A stretch of 64,000 bases of DNA from Eledone cirrhosa (Eukaryota): contig OZ024744.1 in assembly GCA_964016885.1 (NCBI GenBank), positions 16,616,001 through 16,680,000 of the forward strand. The letters are read 5' to 3'. Positions 25,801 to 38,400 of the stretch are shown here, one piece after another (position 1 is the first letter of the stretch; each line of letters opens with the position of its first letter). Position numbers and translations under genes: made by a program. Under the pieces are notes generated by a model. The model made no database searches and had not been told where the DNA came from. It saw only the letters and a list, made by a program, of their open reading frames with translations.

Positions 25801-26520
25801 TCCTGTGTTTACTGTAGTACTGTGTAAAGTGTACTGTTCAGCTGAAAAATGTGTCCTGTGTTTGCTGCAGTACTGTGTAAAGTGTACAGTTCAGCTGAAG
25901 AATGTGTCCTGTGTTTACTGTAGTACTGTGTAAAGTGTACTGTTCACCTGACGAACGTGTCCTGTGTTTATGGTAGTAATGTGTAAAGTGTACTGTTCAC
26001 CTGAAGAATGTGTCCTGTGTTTAATGTAGTACTGTGTAAAGTGTACTGTTCACCTGAAGAATGTGTCCGCTGTTTACTGTAGTACTGTGTAAAGTGTACT
26101 GTTCAGCTGAAGAAAGTGTCCTGTGTTTACTGTAGTACTGTGTAAAGTGTACTGTTCACCTGAAGAATGTGTCCTGTGTTTACTGTAGTACTGTGTATAG
26201 TGTACTGTTCACCTGCAGAAAGTGTCCTGTGTTTACTGTAGTAACGTGTAAAGTGTACTGTTCACCTGAAGAATGTGTCCTGTGTTTACTGTAATACTGT
26301 GTAAAGTGTACTGTTCACCTGAAGAATGTGTCCTGTGTTGACTGTGGTACAGTGTAAAGGGTACTGTTCAGCTGAGGAATGTGTCCTGTGTTTACTGTAG
26401 TACTGTGTAAAGTGTACTGTTCAGTTGAAGAATGTGTCCTGTGTTTACTGTAGTACTGTGTAAAGTGTACTGTTCACCTGAAGAAAGTGCCTGTGTTGAC
26501 TGTAGTACTGTGTAAAGTGT
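19230..26520 (+). repeat. Tandem duplication, period 3761 bp (71 monomers), dropping to 3708 bp after loss of one monomer near 25830
   Basis: AAGTATG 19276/23037 and ATTACT 19981/23742 are offset by 3761 (71x53-2). TGCAGAAAG 22506/26214 is offset by 3708 (70x53-2). Boundaries approximate. Confidence 0.88.
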
Positions 26521-29500
26521 ACTGTTCACCTGAGGAATGTGTCCTGTGTTTACTGTAGTACTGTGTAAAGTGTACTGTTCACCTGAAGAAAGTGTCCTGT
26601 GTTTATTGTAGTACTGTGTAAAGTGTACTCTTCACCTGAAGAATGTGTCCTGTGTTTACTGTAGTACTGTGTAACGTGTACTGTTCACCTGAAGAAATTG
26701 TCCTGTGTTTACTGTAGTAACGTGTAAAGTGTACTGTTCACCTGAAAAATGTGTCCTGTGTTTACTGTAGTACTGTGTAAAGTGTACTGTTCACCTGAAG
26801 AAAGTGTCCTGTGTTTATTGTAGTAACGTGTAAAGTGTACTGTTCACCTGAAGAATGTGTCCTGTGTTTACTGTAGTACTGTGTAAAGTGTGCTGTTCAC
26901 CTGAAGAAAGTGTCCTGTGTTTACTGTAGTAACGTGTAAAGTGTACTGTTCACCTGAAGAATGTGTCCTGTGTTTACTGTAGTACTGTCTAAAGTGTACT
27001 GTTCACCTGAAGAAAGTGTCCTGTGTTTATTGTAGTAACGTGTAAAGTGTACTGTTCACCTGAAGAATGTGTCCTGTGTTTACTGTAGTACTGTGTAAAG
27101 TGTACTGTTCACCTGAAGAATGTGTCCTGTGTTTACTGTAGTACTGTGTAAAGTGTACTGTTCACCTGAAGAAAGTGTCCTGTGTTTATTGTAGTAACGT
27201 GTAAAGTGTACCGTTCACCTGAAGAATGTGTCCTGTGTTTACTGTAGTACTGTGTAAAGTGTACTGTTCACCTGAAGAATGTGTCCTGTGTTTACTGTAG
27301 TACTGTGTAAAGTGTACTGTTCACCTGACGAACGTGTCCTGTGTTTATGGTAGTAATGTGTAAAGTGTACTGTTCACCTGAAGAATGTGTCCTGTGTTTA
27401 ATGTAGTACTGTGTAAAGTGTACTGTTCACCTGAAGAATGTGTCCCCTGTTTACTGTAGTACTGTGTAAAGTGTACTGTTCAGCTGAAGAAAGTGTCCTG
27501 TGTTTACTGTAGTACTGTGTAAAGTGTACTGTTCACCTGAAGAATGTGTCCTGTGTTTACTGTAGTACTGTGTATAGTGTACTGTTCACCTGCAGAAAGT
27601 GTCCTGTGTTTACTGTAGTAACGTGTAAAGTGTACTGTTCACCTGAAGAATATGTCCTGTGTTTACTGTCGTACTGTGTAAAGTGTACTGTTCACCTGAA
27701 GAATGTGTCCTGTGTTGACTGTGGTACAGTGTAAAGGGTACTGTTCAGCTGAGGAATGTGTCCTGTGTTTACTGTAGTACTGTGTAAAGTGCACTGTTCA
27801 GCTGAAGAATGTGTCCTGTGTTTACTGTAGTACTGTGTAAAGTGTACTGTTCACCTGAAGAAAGTGCCTGTGTTGACTGTAGTACTGTGTAAAGTGTACT
27901 GTTCAGCTGAGGAATGTGTCCTGTGTTTACTGTAGTACTGTGTAAAGTGTACTGTTCAGCTGAGGAATGTGTCCTGTGTTTACTGTAGTACTGTGTAAAG
28001 TGTACTATTCACCTGAGGAATGTGTCCTGTGTTTACTGTAGTACTGTGTAAAGTGTACTGTTCACCTGAAAAAAGTGGCCTGTGTTTACTGTAGTAACGT
28101 GTAAAGTGTACTGTTCACCTGAAGAATGTGTCCTGTGTTTACTGTAGTACTGTGTAAAGTGTACTGTTCACCTGAAGAAAGTGTCCTGTGTTTACTGTAG
28201 TAACGTGTAAAGTGTACTGTTCACCTGAAGAATGTGTCCTGTGTTTACTGTAGTACTGTCTAAAGTGTACTGTTCACCTGAAGAAAGTGTCCTGTGTTTA
28301 TTGTAGTAACGTGTAAAGTGTACTGTCCACCTGAAGAATGTGTCCTGTGTTTACTGTAGTACTGTGTAAAGTGTACTGTTCACCTGAAGAATGTGTCCTG
28401 TGTTTACTGTAGTACTGTGTAAAGTGTACTGTTCACCTGAAAAAAGTGTCCTGTGTTTATTGTAGTAACGTGTAAAGTGTACCGTTCACCTGAAGAATCT
28501 GTCCTGTGTTTACTGTAGTACTGTGTAAAGTGTACTGTTCACCTGAAGAAAGTGTCCTGTGTTTACTGTAGTAACGTGTAAAGTGTACTGTTCACCTGAA
28601 GAATGTGTTCTGTGTTTACTGTAGTACTGTGTAAAGTGTACTGTTCACCTGAAGAATATGTCCTGTGTTTACTGTAGTACTGTGTAAAGTGTACTGTTCA
28701 TCTGAAGAATATGTCCTGTGTTTACTGTAGTACTGTGTAAAGTATAATGTTTAGCTGAAGAAAGTGTCCTGTGTTTACTGTAGTACTGTGTAAAGTGTAC
28801 TGTTCACCTGAAGAATGTGTCCTGTGTTTACTGTGGTACAGTGTAAAGTGTAGTGTTCACCTGAAGAAAGTGTCCTGTGTTTACTGTAGTAACGTGTAAA
28901 GTGTACTATTCACTTGAAGAATGTGTCCTGTGTTTACTGTAGTACTGTGTAAAGTGTACTGTTCACCTGAAGAATGTGTCCTGTGTTTACTGTAGTACTG
29001 TGTAAAGTGTACTGTTCAGCTGAAGAATGTGTCCTGTGTTTACTGTAGTACTGTGTAAAGTGTACTGTTCACCTGAAGAATGTGTCCTGTGTTGACTGTA
29101 GTACTGTGTAAAGTGTATTGTTCACATGAAGACTGTGTCCTGTGTTTACTGTAGTACTGTGTAAAGTGCACTGTTCACCTGACGAATGTGTCCTGTGTTT
29201 ACTGTAGTACAGTGTAACGTGTACTTTTCAGCTGAAGAATGTGTCCTGTGTTTTCTGTAGTACTGCGTAAAGTGTACTGTTCACCTGAAGAATGTGTCCT
29301 GTGTTTACTGTGGTACTGTGTAAAGTGTACTGTTCACCTGAAGAACGTGTCATGTGTTTACTGTGGTACTGTGTAAAGTGTATTGTTCACATGAAGAATG
29401 TGTCCTGTGTTTACTGTAGTACTGTGTAAAGTGTACTGTTCACCTGACGAATGTGTCCTGTGTTTACTGTAGTAATGTGTAAAGTGTGCTGTTCAGCTGA

Positions 29501-32500
29501 AGAATATGTCCTGTGTTTACTGTGGTACGGTGTAAAGTGTACTGTTCACCTGAAGAATATGTCCCGTGTTTACTGTAGTACTGTGTAAAGTGTACTGTTC
29601 ACCTGAAGTATGTGTCCTGTGTTTACTGTAGAACTGTGTAAAGTGTACTGTTCAGCTGAAGAATGTGTCCTGTGTTTACTGTAGTACTGTATAAAGTGTA
29701 CTGCTCAGCTGAAGAATGTGTCCTGTGTTTACTGTCGTACTGTGTAAAGTGTACTGTTCAGCTGAAAAATGTGTCCTGTGTTTGCTGCAGTACTGTGTAA
29801 AGTGTACAGTTCTGCTGAAGAATGTGTCCTGTGTTTACTGTAGTACTGTGTAAAGTGTACTGTTCACCTGATGAACGTGTCCTGTGTTTATGGTAGTAAT
29901 GTGTAAAGTGTACTGTTCACCTGAAGAATGTGTCCTGTGTTTAATGTAGTACTGTGTAAAGTGTACTGTTCACCTGAAGAATGTGTCCGCTGTTTACTGT
30001 AGTACTGTGTAAAGTGTACTGTTCAGCTGAAGAAAGTGTCCTGTGTTTACTGTAGTACTGTGTAAAGTGTACTGTTCACCTGAAGAATGTGTCCTGTGTT
30101 TACTGTAGTACTGTGTATAGTGTACTGTTCACCTGCAGAAAGTGTCCTGTGTTTACTGTAGTAACGTGTAAAGTGTACTGTTCACCTGAAGAATGTGTCC
30201 TGTGTTTACTGTAATACTGTGTAAAGTGTACTGTTCACCTGAAGAATGTGTCCTGTGTTGACTGTGGTACAGTGTAAAGGGTACTGTTCAGCTGAGGAAT
30301 GTGTCCTGTGTTTACTGTAGTACTGTGTAAAGTGTACTGTTCAGTTGAAGAATGTGTCCTGTGTTTACTGTAGTACTGTGTAAAGTGTACTGTTCACCTG
30401 AAGAAAGTGCCTGTGTTGACTGTAGTACTGTGTAAAGTGTACTGTTCAGCTGAGGAATGTGTCCTGTGTTTACTGTAGTACTGTGTAAAGTGTACTGTTC
30501 AGCTGAGGAATGTGTCCTGTGTTTACTGTAGTACTGTGTAAAGTGTACTATTCACCTGAGGAATGTGTCCTGTGTTTACTGTAGTACTGTGTAAAGTGTA
30601 CTGTTCACCTGAAGAAAGTGTCCTGTGTTTATTGTAGTACTGTGTAAAGTGTACTGTTCACCTGAAGAATGTGTCCTGTGTTTACTGTAGTACTGTGTAA
30701 CGTGTACTGTTCACCTGAAGAAAGTGTCCTGTGTTTACTGTAGTAACGTGTAAAGTGTACTGTTCACCTGAAGAATGTGTACTGTGTTTACTGTAGTACT
30801 GTGTAAAGTGTACTGTTCACCTGAAGAAAGTGTCCTGTGTTTATTGTAGTAACGTGTAAAGTGTACTGTTCACCTGAAGAATGTGTCCTGTGTTTACTGT
30901 AGTACTGTGTAAAGTGTACTGTTCACCTGAAGAAAGTGTCCTGTGCTTACTGTAGTAACGTGTAAAGTGTACTGTTCACCTGAAGAATGTGTCCTGTGTT
31001 TACTGTAGTACTGTGTAAAGTGTACTGTTCACCTGAAGAATGTGTCCTGTGTTTACTTTAGTACTGTGTAAAGTGTACTGTTCACCTGAAGAAAGTGTCC
31101 TGTGTTTATTGTAGTAACGTGTAAAGTGTACTGTTCACCTGAAGAATGTGTCCTGTGTTTACTGTAGTACTGTGTACAGTGTAATGTTCAGCTGAAGAAA
31201 GTGTCCTGTGTTTACTGTAGGACTGTGTAAAGTGTACTGTTCACCTGAAGAATGTGTACTGTGATTACTGTAGTACTGTGTAAAGTGTACTCTTCACCTG
31301 AAGAATGTGTCCTGTGTTTACTGTAGTACTGTGTAAGATGTACTGTTCAGCTAACTAATGTTCCTGTGTTTACTGTAGTACCGTGTAAAATGTACTCTTC
31401 TCCTGAAGAATGTGTCCTGTGTTTGCTGCAGTACTGTGTAAAGTGTACCGTTCAGCTGAAAAATGTGTCCTGTGTTTACTGTAGTACTGGGTAAAGTATA
31501 CTGTTCACCTGAAGAATGTGTCCTGTGTTTACTGTAGTAATGTGTAAAGTGTACTGTTCACCTGACGAATGTGTCCTGTGTTTACTGTAGTACAGTGTAA
31601 TGTGTACTGTTCAGCTGAAGAATGTGTCCTGTGTTTACTGTAGTACTGTGTAAAGTGTACTGTTCACCTGAAGAATGTGTCCTGTGTTTAATGTAGTACT
31701 CTGTAAAGTGTACTGTTCACCTGAAGAATGTGTCCAGTGTTTTCTGTAGTCCTGCGTAAAGTGTACTGTTCACCTGAAGAATGTGTCCTGTGTTTACTGT
31801 AGTACTGTGTAAAGTGTAATTTTCACCTGAAGAATGTGTCCTGTGTTTTCTGTAGTACTGCGTAAAGTGTACTGTTCACGTGAAGAATGTGTCCTGTGTT
31901 TACTGTGGTACTGTGTAAAGTGTACTGTTCACCTGAAGAACGTGTCATGTGTTTACTGTGGTACGGTGTAAAGTGTACTGTTCATCTGAAGAATGTGTCC
32001 TGTGTTTACTGTAGTAATGTGTAAAGTGTACTGTTCAGCTGAAGAATGTGTCCTGTGTTTACTGTAGTACTGTGTAAAGTGTACTGTTGAGCTAACTAAT
32101 GGTTCCTGTGTTTACTGTAGTACTGTGTAAAGTGTACTGCTCAGCTGAAGAATGTGTCCTGTGTTTACTGTCGTACTGTGTAAAGTGTACTGTTCAGCTG
32201 AAAAATGTGTCCTGTGTTTGCTGCAGTACTGTGTAAAGTGTACTGTTCAGCTGAAGAATGTGTCCTGTGTTTACTGTAGTACTGTGTAAAGTGTACTGTT
32301 CTCCTGAAGAATATGTCCCGTGTTTACTGTAGTACTGTGTAAAGTGTACTCTTCACCTGAAGAATGTGTCCTGTGTTTACTGTAGTACTGTGTAAAGTGT
32401 ACTGTTCACCTGAAGAATGTGTCCTGTGTCTACTGTAGTACTGTGTAAAGTATAATGCACAGCTGAAGAAAGTGTCCTGTGTTTACTGTAGTACTGTGTA

Positions 32501-35499
32501 AAATTTACTGTTCACCTGAAGAATGTGTACTGTGTTTACGGTAGTACTGTGTAAAGTGTACTCTTCACCTGAAGAATGTGTCCTGTGTTTACTGTAGTAC
32601 TGTGTAAAGTGTACTGTTCACCTGAAGAATGTATCCTGTGTTTACTGTTTTACTGTGGTACTGTGTAAAGCGTATTGTTCAGCTGAAGGATGTGTCCTGT
32701 GTTTACTGTAGTACTGTGTAACATGTACTGTTCAGCTAACTAATGGTTCCTGTGTTTACTGTAGTACTGTGTAAAGTGTACTGTTCACCTGAAGAATGTA
32801 TCCTGTGTCTACTGTAGTACTGTGGTACTGTGTAAAGCGTATTGTTCAGCTGAAGGATGTGTCCTGTGTTTACTGTAGTACTGTGTAACATGTACTGTTC
32901 AGCTAACTAATGGTTCCTGTGTTTACTGTAGTACTGTGTAAAGTGTACTCTTCACCTGAATAATGTGTCCTGTGTTTACTGTCGTACAGTGTAAAGTGTA
33001 CTCATCACCTGAAGAATGTGTCCTGTGTTTGCTGCAGTACTGTGTAAAGTGTACTGTTCACCTGACGAATGTGTCCTGTGTTTACTGTAGTACTGTGTAA
33101 TGTGTACTGTTCAGCTGAAGAATGTGTCCTGTGTTTACTGTAGTACTGTGTAAAGTGTACTGTTCACCTGAAGAATGAGTCCTGTGTTTACTGTAGTACT
33201 GTGTAAAGTGTACTGTTGACCTGAAGAATGTGTCCTGTGTTTACTGTAGTACTGCGTAAAGTGTACTGTTCACCTGAAGAATGTGTCCTGTGTTTATTGT
33301 AGTAATGTGTAAAGTGTACTGTTCAGCTGAAGAATGTGTCCTGTGTTTACTGTGGTACTGTGTAAAGTGTACTGTTCACCTGAAGAATGTGTCCTGTGTT
33401 TACTGTGGTACTGTGTAAAGTGTACTGTTCACCTGAAGAATGTGTCCTGTGTTTACTGTAGTAATGTGTAAAGTGTACAGTTAACCTGAAGAATGTGTCC
33501 TGTGTTTACTGTGGTACTGTGTAAAGTGTACTGTTCACCTGAAGAATGTGTCCTGTGTTTACTGTAGTAATGTGTAAAGTGTACTGTTCACCTGAAGAAT
33601 ATGTCCTGTGTTTACTGTAGTACTGTGTAAAGTGTACTGTTCATCTGAAGAATATGTCCTGTGTTTACTGTAGTACTGTGTAAAGTATAATGTTTAGCTG
33701 AAGAAAGTGTCCTGTGTTTACTGTAGTACTGTGTAAAGTGTACTGTTCACCTGAAGAATGTGTCCTGTGTTTACTGTGGTACTGTGTAAAGTGTACTGTT
33801 CACCTGAAGAAAGTGTCCTGTGTTTATTGTAGTAACGTGTAAAGTGTACTGTTCACCTGAAGAATGTGTCCTGTGTTTACTGTAGTACTGTGTAAAGTGT
33901 ACTGTTCACCTGAAGAAAGTGTCCTGTGTTTACTGTAGTAACGTGTAAAGTGTACTGTTCACCTGAAGAATGTGTCCTGTGTTTACTGTAGTACTGTCTA
34001 AAGTGTACTGTTCACCTGAAGAAAGTGTCCTGTGTTTATTGTAGTAACGTGTAAAGTGTACTGTTCACCTGAAGAATGTGTCCTGTGTTTACTGTAGTAC
34101 TGTGTAAAGTGTACTGTTCACCTGAAGAATGTGTCCTGTGTTTACTGTAGTACTGTGTAAAGTGTACTCTTCACCTGAAGAAAGTGTCCTGTGTTTATTG
34201 TAGTAACGTGTAAAGTGTACCGTTCACCTGAAGAATCTGTCCTGTGTTTGCTGCAGTACTGTGTAAAGTGTACAGTTCTGCTGAAGAATGTGTCCTGTGT
34301 TTACTGTAGTACTGTGTAAAGTGTACTGTTCACCTGATGAACGTGTCCTGTGTTTATGGTAGTAATGTGTAAAGTGTACTGTTCACCTGAAGAATGTGTC
34401 CTGTGTTTAATGTAGTACTGTGTAAAGTGTACTGTTCACCTGAAGAATGTGTCCGCTGTTTACTCTAGTACTGTGTAAAGTGTACTGTTCAGCTGAAGAA
34501 AGTGTCCTGTGTTTACTGTAGTACTGTGTAAAGTGTACTGTTCACCTGAAGAATGTGTCCTGTGTTTACTGTAGTACTGTGTATAGTGTACTGTTCACCT
34601 GCAGAAAGTGTCCTGTGTTTACTGTAGTGACGTGTAAAGTGTACTGTTCACCTGAAGAATGTGTCCTGTGTTTACTGTAATACTGTGTAAAGTGTACTGT
34701 TCACCTGAAGAATGTGTCCTGTGTTGACTGTGGTACAGTGTAAAGGGTACTGTTCAGCTGAGGAATGTGTCCTGTGTTTACTGTAGTACTGTGTAAAGTG
34801 TACTGTTCAGTTGAAGAATGTGTCCTGTGTTTACTGTAGTACTGTGTAAAGTGTACTGTTCACCTGAAGAAAGTGCCTGTGTTGACTGTAGTACTGTGTA
34901 AAGTGTACTGTTCAGCTGAGGAATGTGTCCTGTGTTTACTGTAGTACTGTGTAAAGTGTACTGTTCAGCTGAGGAATGTGTCCTGTGTTTACTGTAGTAC
35001 TGTGTAAAGTGTACTATTCACCTGAGGAATGTGTCCTGTGTTTACTGTAGTACTGTGTAAAGTGTACTGTTCACCTGAAGAAAGTGTCCTGTGTTTATTG
35101 TAGTACTGTGTAAAGTGTACTGTTCACCTGAAGAATGTGTCCTGTGTTTACTGTAGTACTGTGTAACGTGTACTGTTCACCTGAAGAAAGTGTCCTGTGT
35201 TTACTGTAGTAACGTGTAAAGTGTACTGTTCACCTGAAGAATGTGTCCTGTGTTTACTGTAGTACTGTGTAAAGTGTACTGTTCACCTGAAGAAAGTGTC
35301 CTGTGTTTATTGTAGTAACGTGTAAAGTGTACTGTTCACCTGAAGAATGTGTCCTGTGTTTACTGTAGTACTGTGTAAAGTGTACTGTTCACCTGAAGAA
35401 AGTGTCCTGTGTTTACTGTAGTAACGTGTAAAGTGTACTGTTCACCTGAAGAATGTGTCCTGTGTTTACTGTAGTACTGTCTAAAGTGTACTGTTCACC

Positions 35500-38400
35500 T
35501 GAAGAATGTGTCCTGTGTTTACTGTAGTACTGTGTAAAGTGTACTCTTCACCTGAAGAAAGTGTCCTGTGTTTATTGTAGTAACGTGTAAAGTGTACCGT
35601 TCACCTGAAGAATGTGTCCTGTGTTTACTGTAGTACTGTGTAAAGTGTACTGTTCACCTGAAGAAAGTGTCCTGTGTTTACTGTAGTAACGTGTAAAGTG
35701 TACTGTTCACCTGAAGAATATGTCCTGTGTTTACTGTAGTACTGTGTAAAGTGTACTGTTCACCTGAAGAATGTGTCCTGTGTTTACTTTAGTACTGTGT
35801 AAAGTGTACTGTTCACCTGAAGAAAGTGTCCTGTGTTTATTGTAGTAACGTGTAAAGTGTACTGTTCACCTGAAGAATGTGTCCTGTGTTTACTGTAGTA
35901 CTGTGTACAGTGTAATGTTCAGCTGAAGAAAGTGTCCTGTGTTTACTGTAGGACTGTGTAAAGTGTACTGTTCACCTGAAGAATGTGTACTGTGTTTACT
36001 GTAGTACTGTGTAAAGTGTACTCTTCACCTGAAGAATGTGTCCTGTGTTTACTGTAGTACTGTGTAAGATGTACTGTTCAGCTAACTAATGTTCCTGTGT
36101 TTACTGTAGTACCGTGTAAAATGTACTCTTCACCTGAAGAATGTGTCCTGTGTTTGCTGCAGTACTGTGTAAAGTGTACCGTTCAGCTGAACAATGTGTC
36201 CTGTGTTTACTGTAGTACTGGGTAAAGTATACTGTTCACCTGAAGAATGTGTCCTGTGTTTACTGTAGTAATGTGTAAAGTGTACTGTTCACCTGACGAA
36301 TGTGTCCTGTGTTTACTGTAGTACAGTGTAATGTGTACTGTTCAGCTGAAGAATGTGTCCTGTGTTTACTGTAGTACTGTGTAAAGTGTACTGTTCACCT
36401 GAAGAATGTGTCCTGTGTTTAATGTAGTACTCTGTAAAGTGTACTGTTCACCTGAAGAATGTGTCCAGTGTTTTCTGTAGTCCTGCGTAAAGTGTACTGT
36501 TCACCTGAAGAATGTGTCCTGTGTTTACTGTAGTACTGTGTAAAGTGTAATTTTCACCTGAAGAATGTGTCCTGTGTTTTCTGTAGTACTGCGTAAAGTG
36601 TACTGTTCACGTGAAGAATGTGTCCTGTGTTTACTGTGGTACTGTGTAAAGTGTACTGTTCACCTGAAGAACGTGTCATGTGTTTACTGTGGTACTGTGT
36701 AAAGTGTACTGTTCATCTGAAGAATGTGTCCTGTGTTTACTGTAGTAATGTGTAAAGTGTACTGTTCAGCTGAAGAATGTGTCCTGTGTTTACTGTAGTA
36801 CTGTGTAAAGTGTACTGTTGAGCTAACTAATGGTTCCTGTGTTTACTGTAGTACTGTGTAAAGTGTACTGCTCAGCTGAAGAATGTGTCCTGTGTTTACT
36901 GTCGTACTGTGTAAAGTGTACTGTTCAGCTGAAAAATGTGTCCTGTGTTTGCTGCAGTACTGTGTAAAGTGTACTGTTCAGCTGAAGAATGTGTCCTGTG
37001 TTTACTGTAGTACTGTGTAAAGTGTACTGTTCTCCTGAAGAATATGTCCCGTGTTTACTGTAGTACTGTGTAAAGTGTACTCTTCACCTGAAGAATGTGT
37101 CCTGTGTTTACTGTAGTACTGTGTAAAGTGTACTGTTCACCTGAAGAATGTGTCCTGTGTCTACTGTAGTACTGTGTAAAGTATAATGCACAGCTGAAGA
37201 AAGTGTCCTGTGTTTACTGTAGTACTGTGTAAAATTTACTGTTCACCTGAAGAATGTGTACTGTGTTTACGGTAGTACTGTGTAAAGTGTACTCTTCACC
37301 TGAAGAATGTGTCCTGTGTTTACTGTAGTACTGTGTAAAGTGTACTGTTCACCTGAAGAATGTATCCTGTGTTTACTGTTTTACTGTGGTACTGTGTAAA
37401 GCGTATTGTTCAGCTGAAGGATGTGTCCTGTGTTTACTGTAGTACTGTGTAACATGTACTGTTCAGCTAACTAATGGTTCCTGTGTTTACTGTAGTACTG
37501 TGTAAAGTGTACTGTTCACCTGAAGAATGTATCCTGTGTCTACTGTAGTACTGTGGTACTGTGTAAAGCGTATTGTTCAGCTGAAGGATGTGTCCTGTGT
37601 TTACTGTAGTACTGTGTAACATGTACTGTTCAGCTAACTAATGGTTCCTGTGTTTACTGTAGTACTGTGTAAAGTGTACTCTTCACCTGAATAATGTGTC
37701 CTGTGTTTACTGTCGTACAGTGTAAAGTGTACTCATCATCTGAAGAATGTGTCCTGTGTTTGCTGCAGTACTGTGTAAAGTGTACTGTTCACCTGACGAA
37801 TGTGTCCTGTGTTTACTGTAGTACTGTGTAATGTGTACTGTTCAGCTGAAGAATGTGTCCTGTGTTTACTGTAGTACTGTGTAAAGTGTACTGTTCACCT
37901 GAAGAATGAGTCCTGTGTTTACTGTAGTACTGTGTAAAGTGTACTGTTGACCTGAAGAATGTGTCCTGTGTTTACTGTAGTACTGCGTAAAGTGTACTGT
38001 TCACCTGAAGAATGTGTCCTGTGTTTATTGTAGTAATGTGTAAAGTGTACTGTTCAGCTGAAGAATGTGTCCTGTGTTTACTGTGGTACAGTGTAAAGTG
38101 TACTGTTCACCTGAAGAATGTGTCCTGTGTTTACTGTGGTACTGTGTAAAGTGTACTGTTCACCTGAAGAATGTGTCCTGTGTTTACTGTAGTAATGTGT
38201 AAAGTGTACAGTTAACCTGAAGAATGTGTCCTGTGTTTACTGTGGTACTGTGTAAAGTGTACTGTTCACCTGAAGAATGTGTCCTGTGTTTACTGTAGTA
38301 ATGTGTAAAGTGTACTGTTCAACTGAAGAATATGTCCTGTGTTTACTGTAGTACTGTGTAAAGTGTACTGTTCATCTGAAGAATATGTCCTGTGTTTACT

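Noticed and set aside
27546-27734. 62-aa Cys-rich ORF resembling a metallothionein or zinc-binding peptide
   Set aside because: It is the translation of about 3.5 satellite monomers whose stops are removed by point variants, with no unique sequence or gene context.
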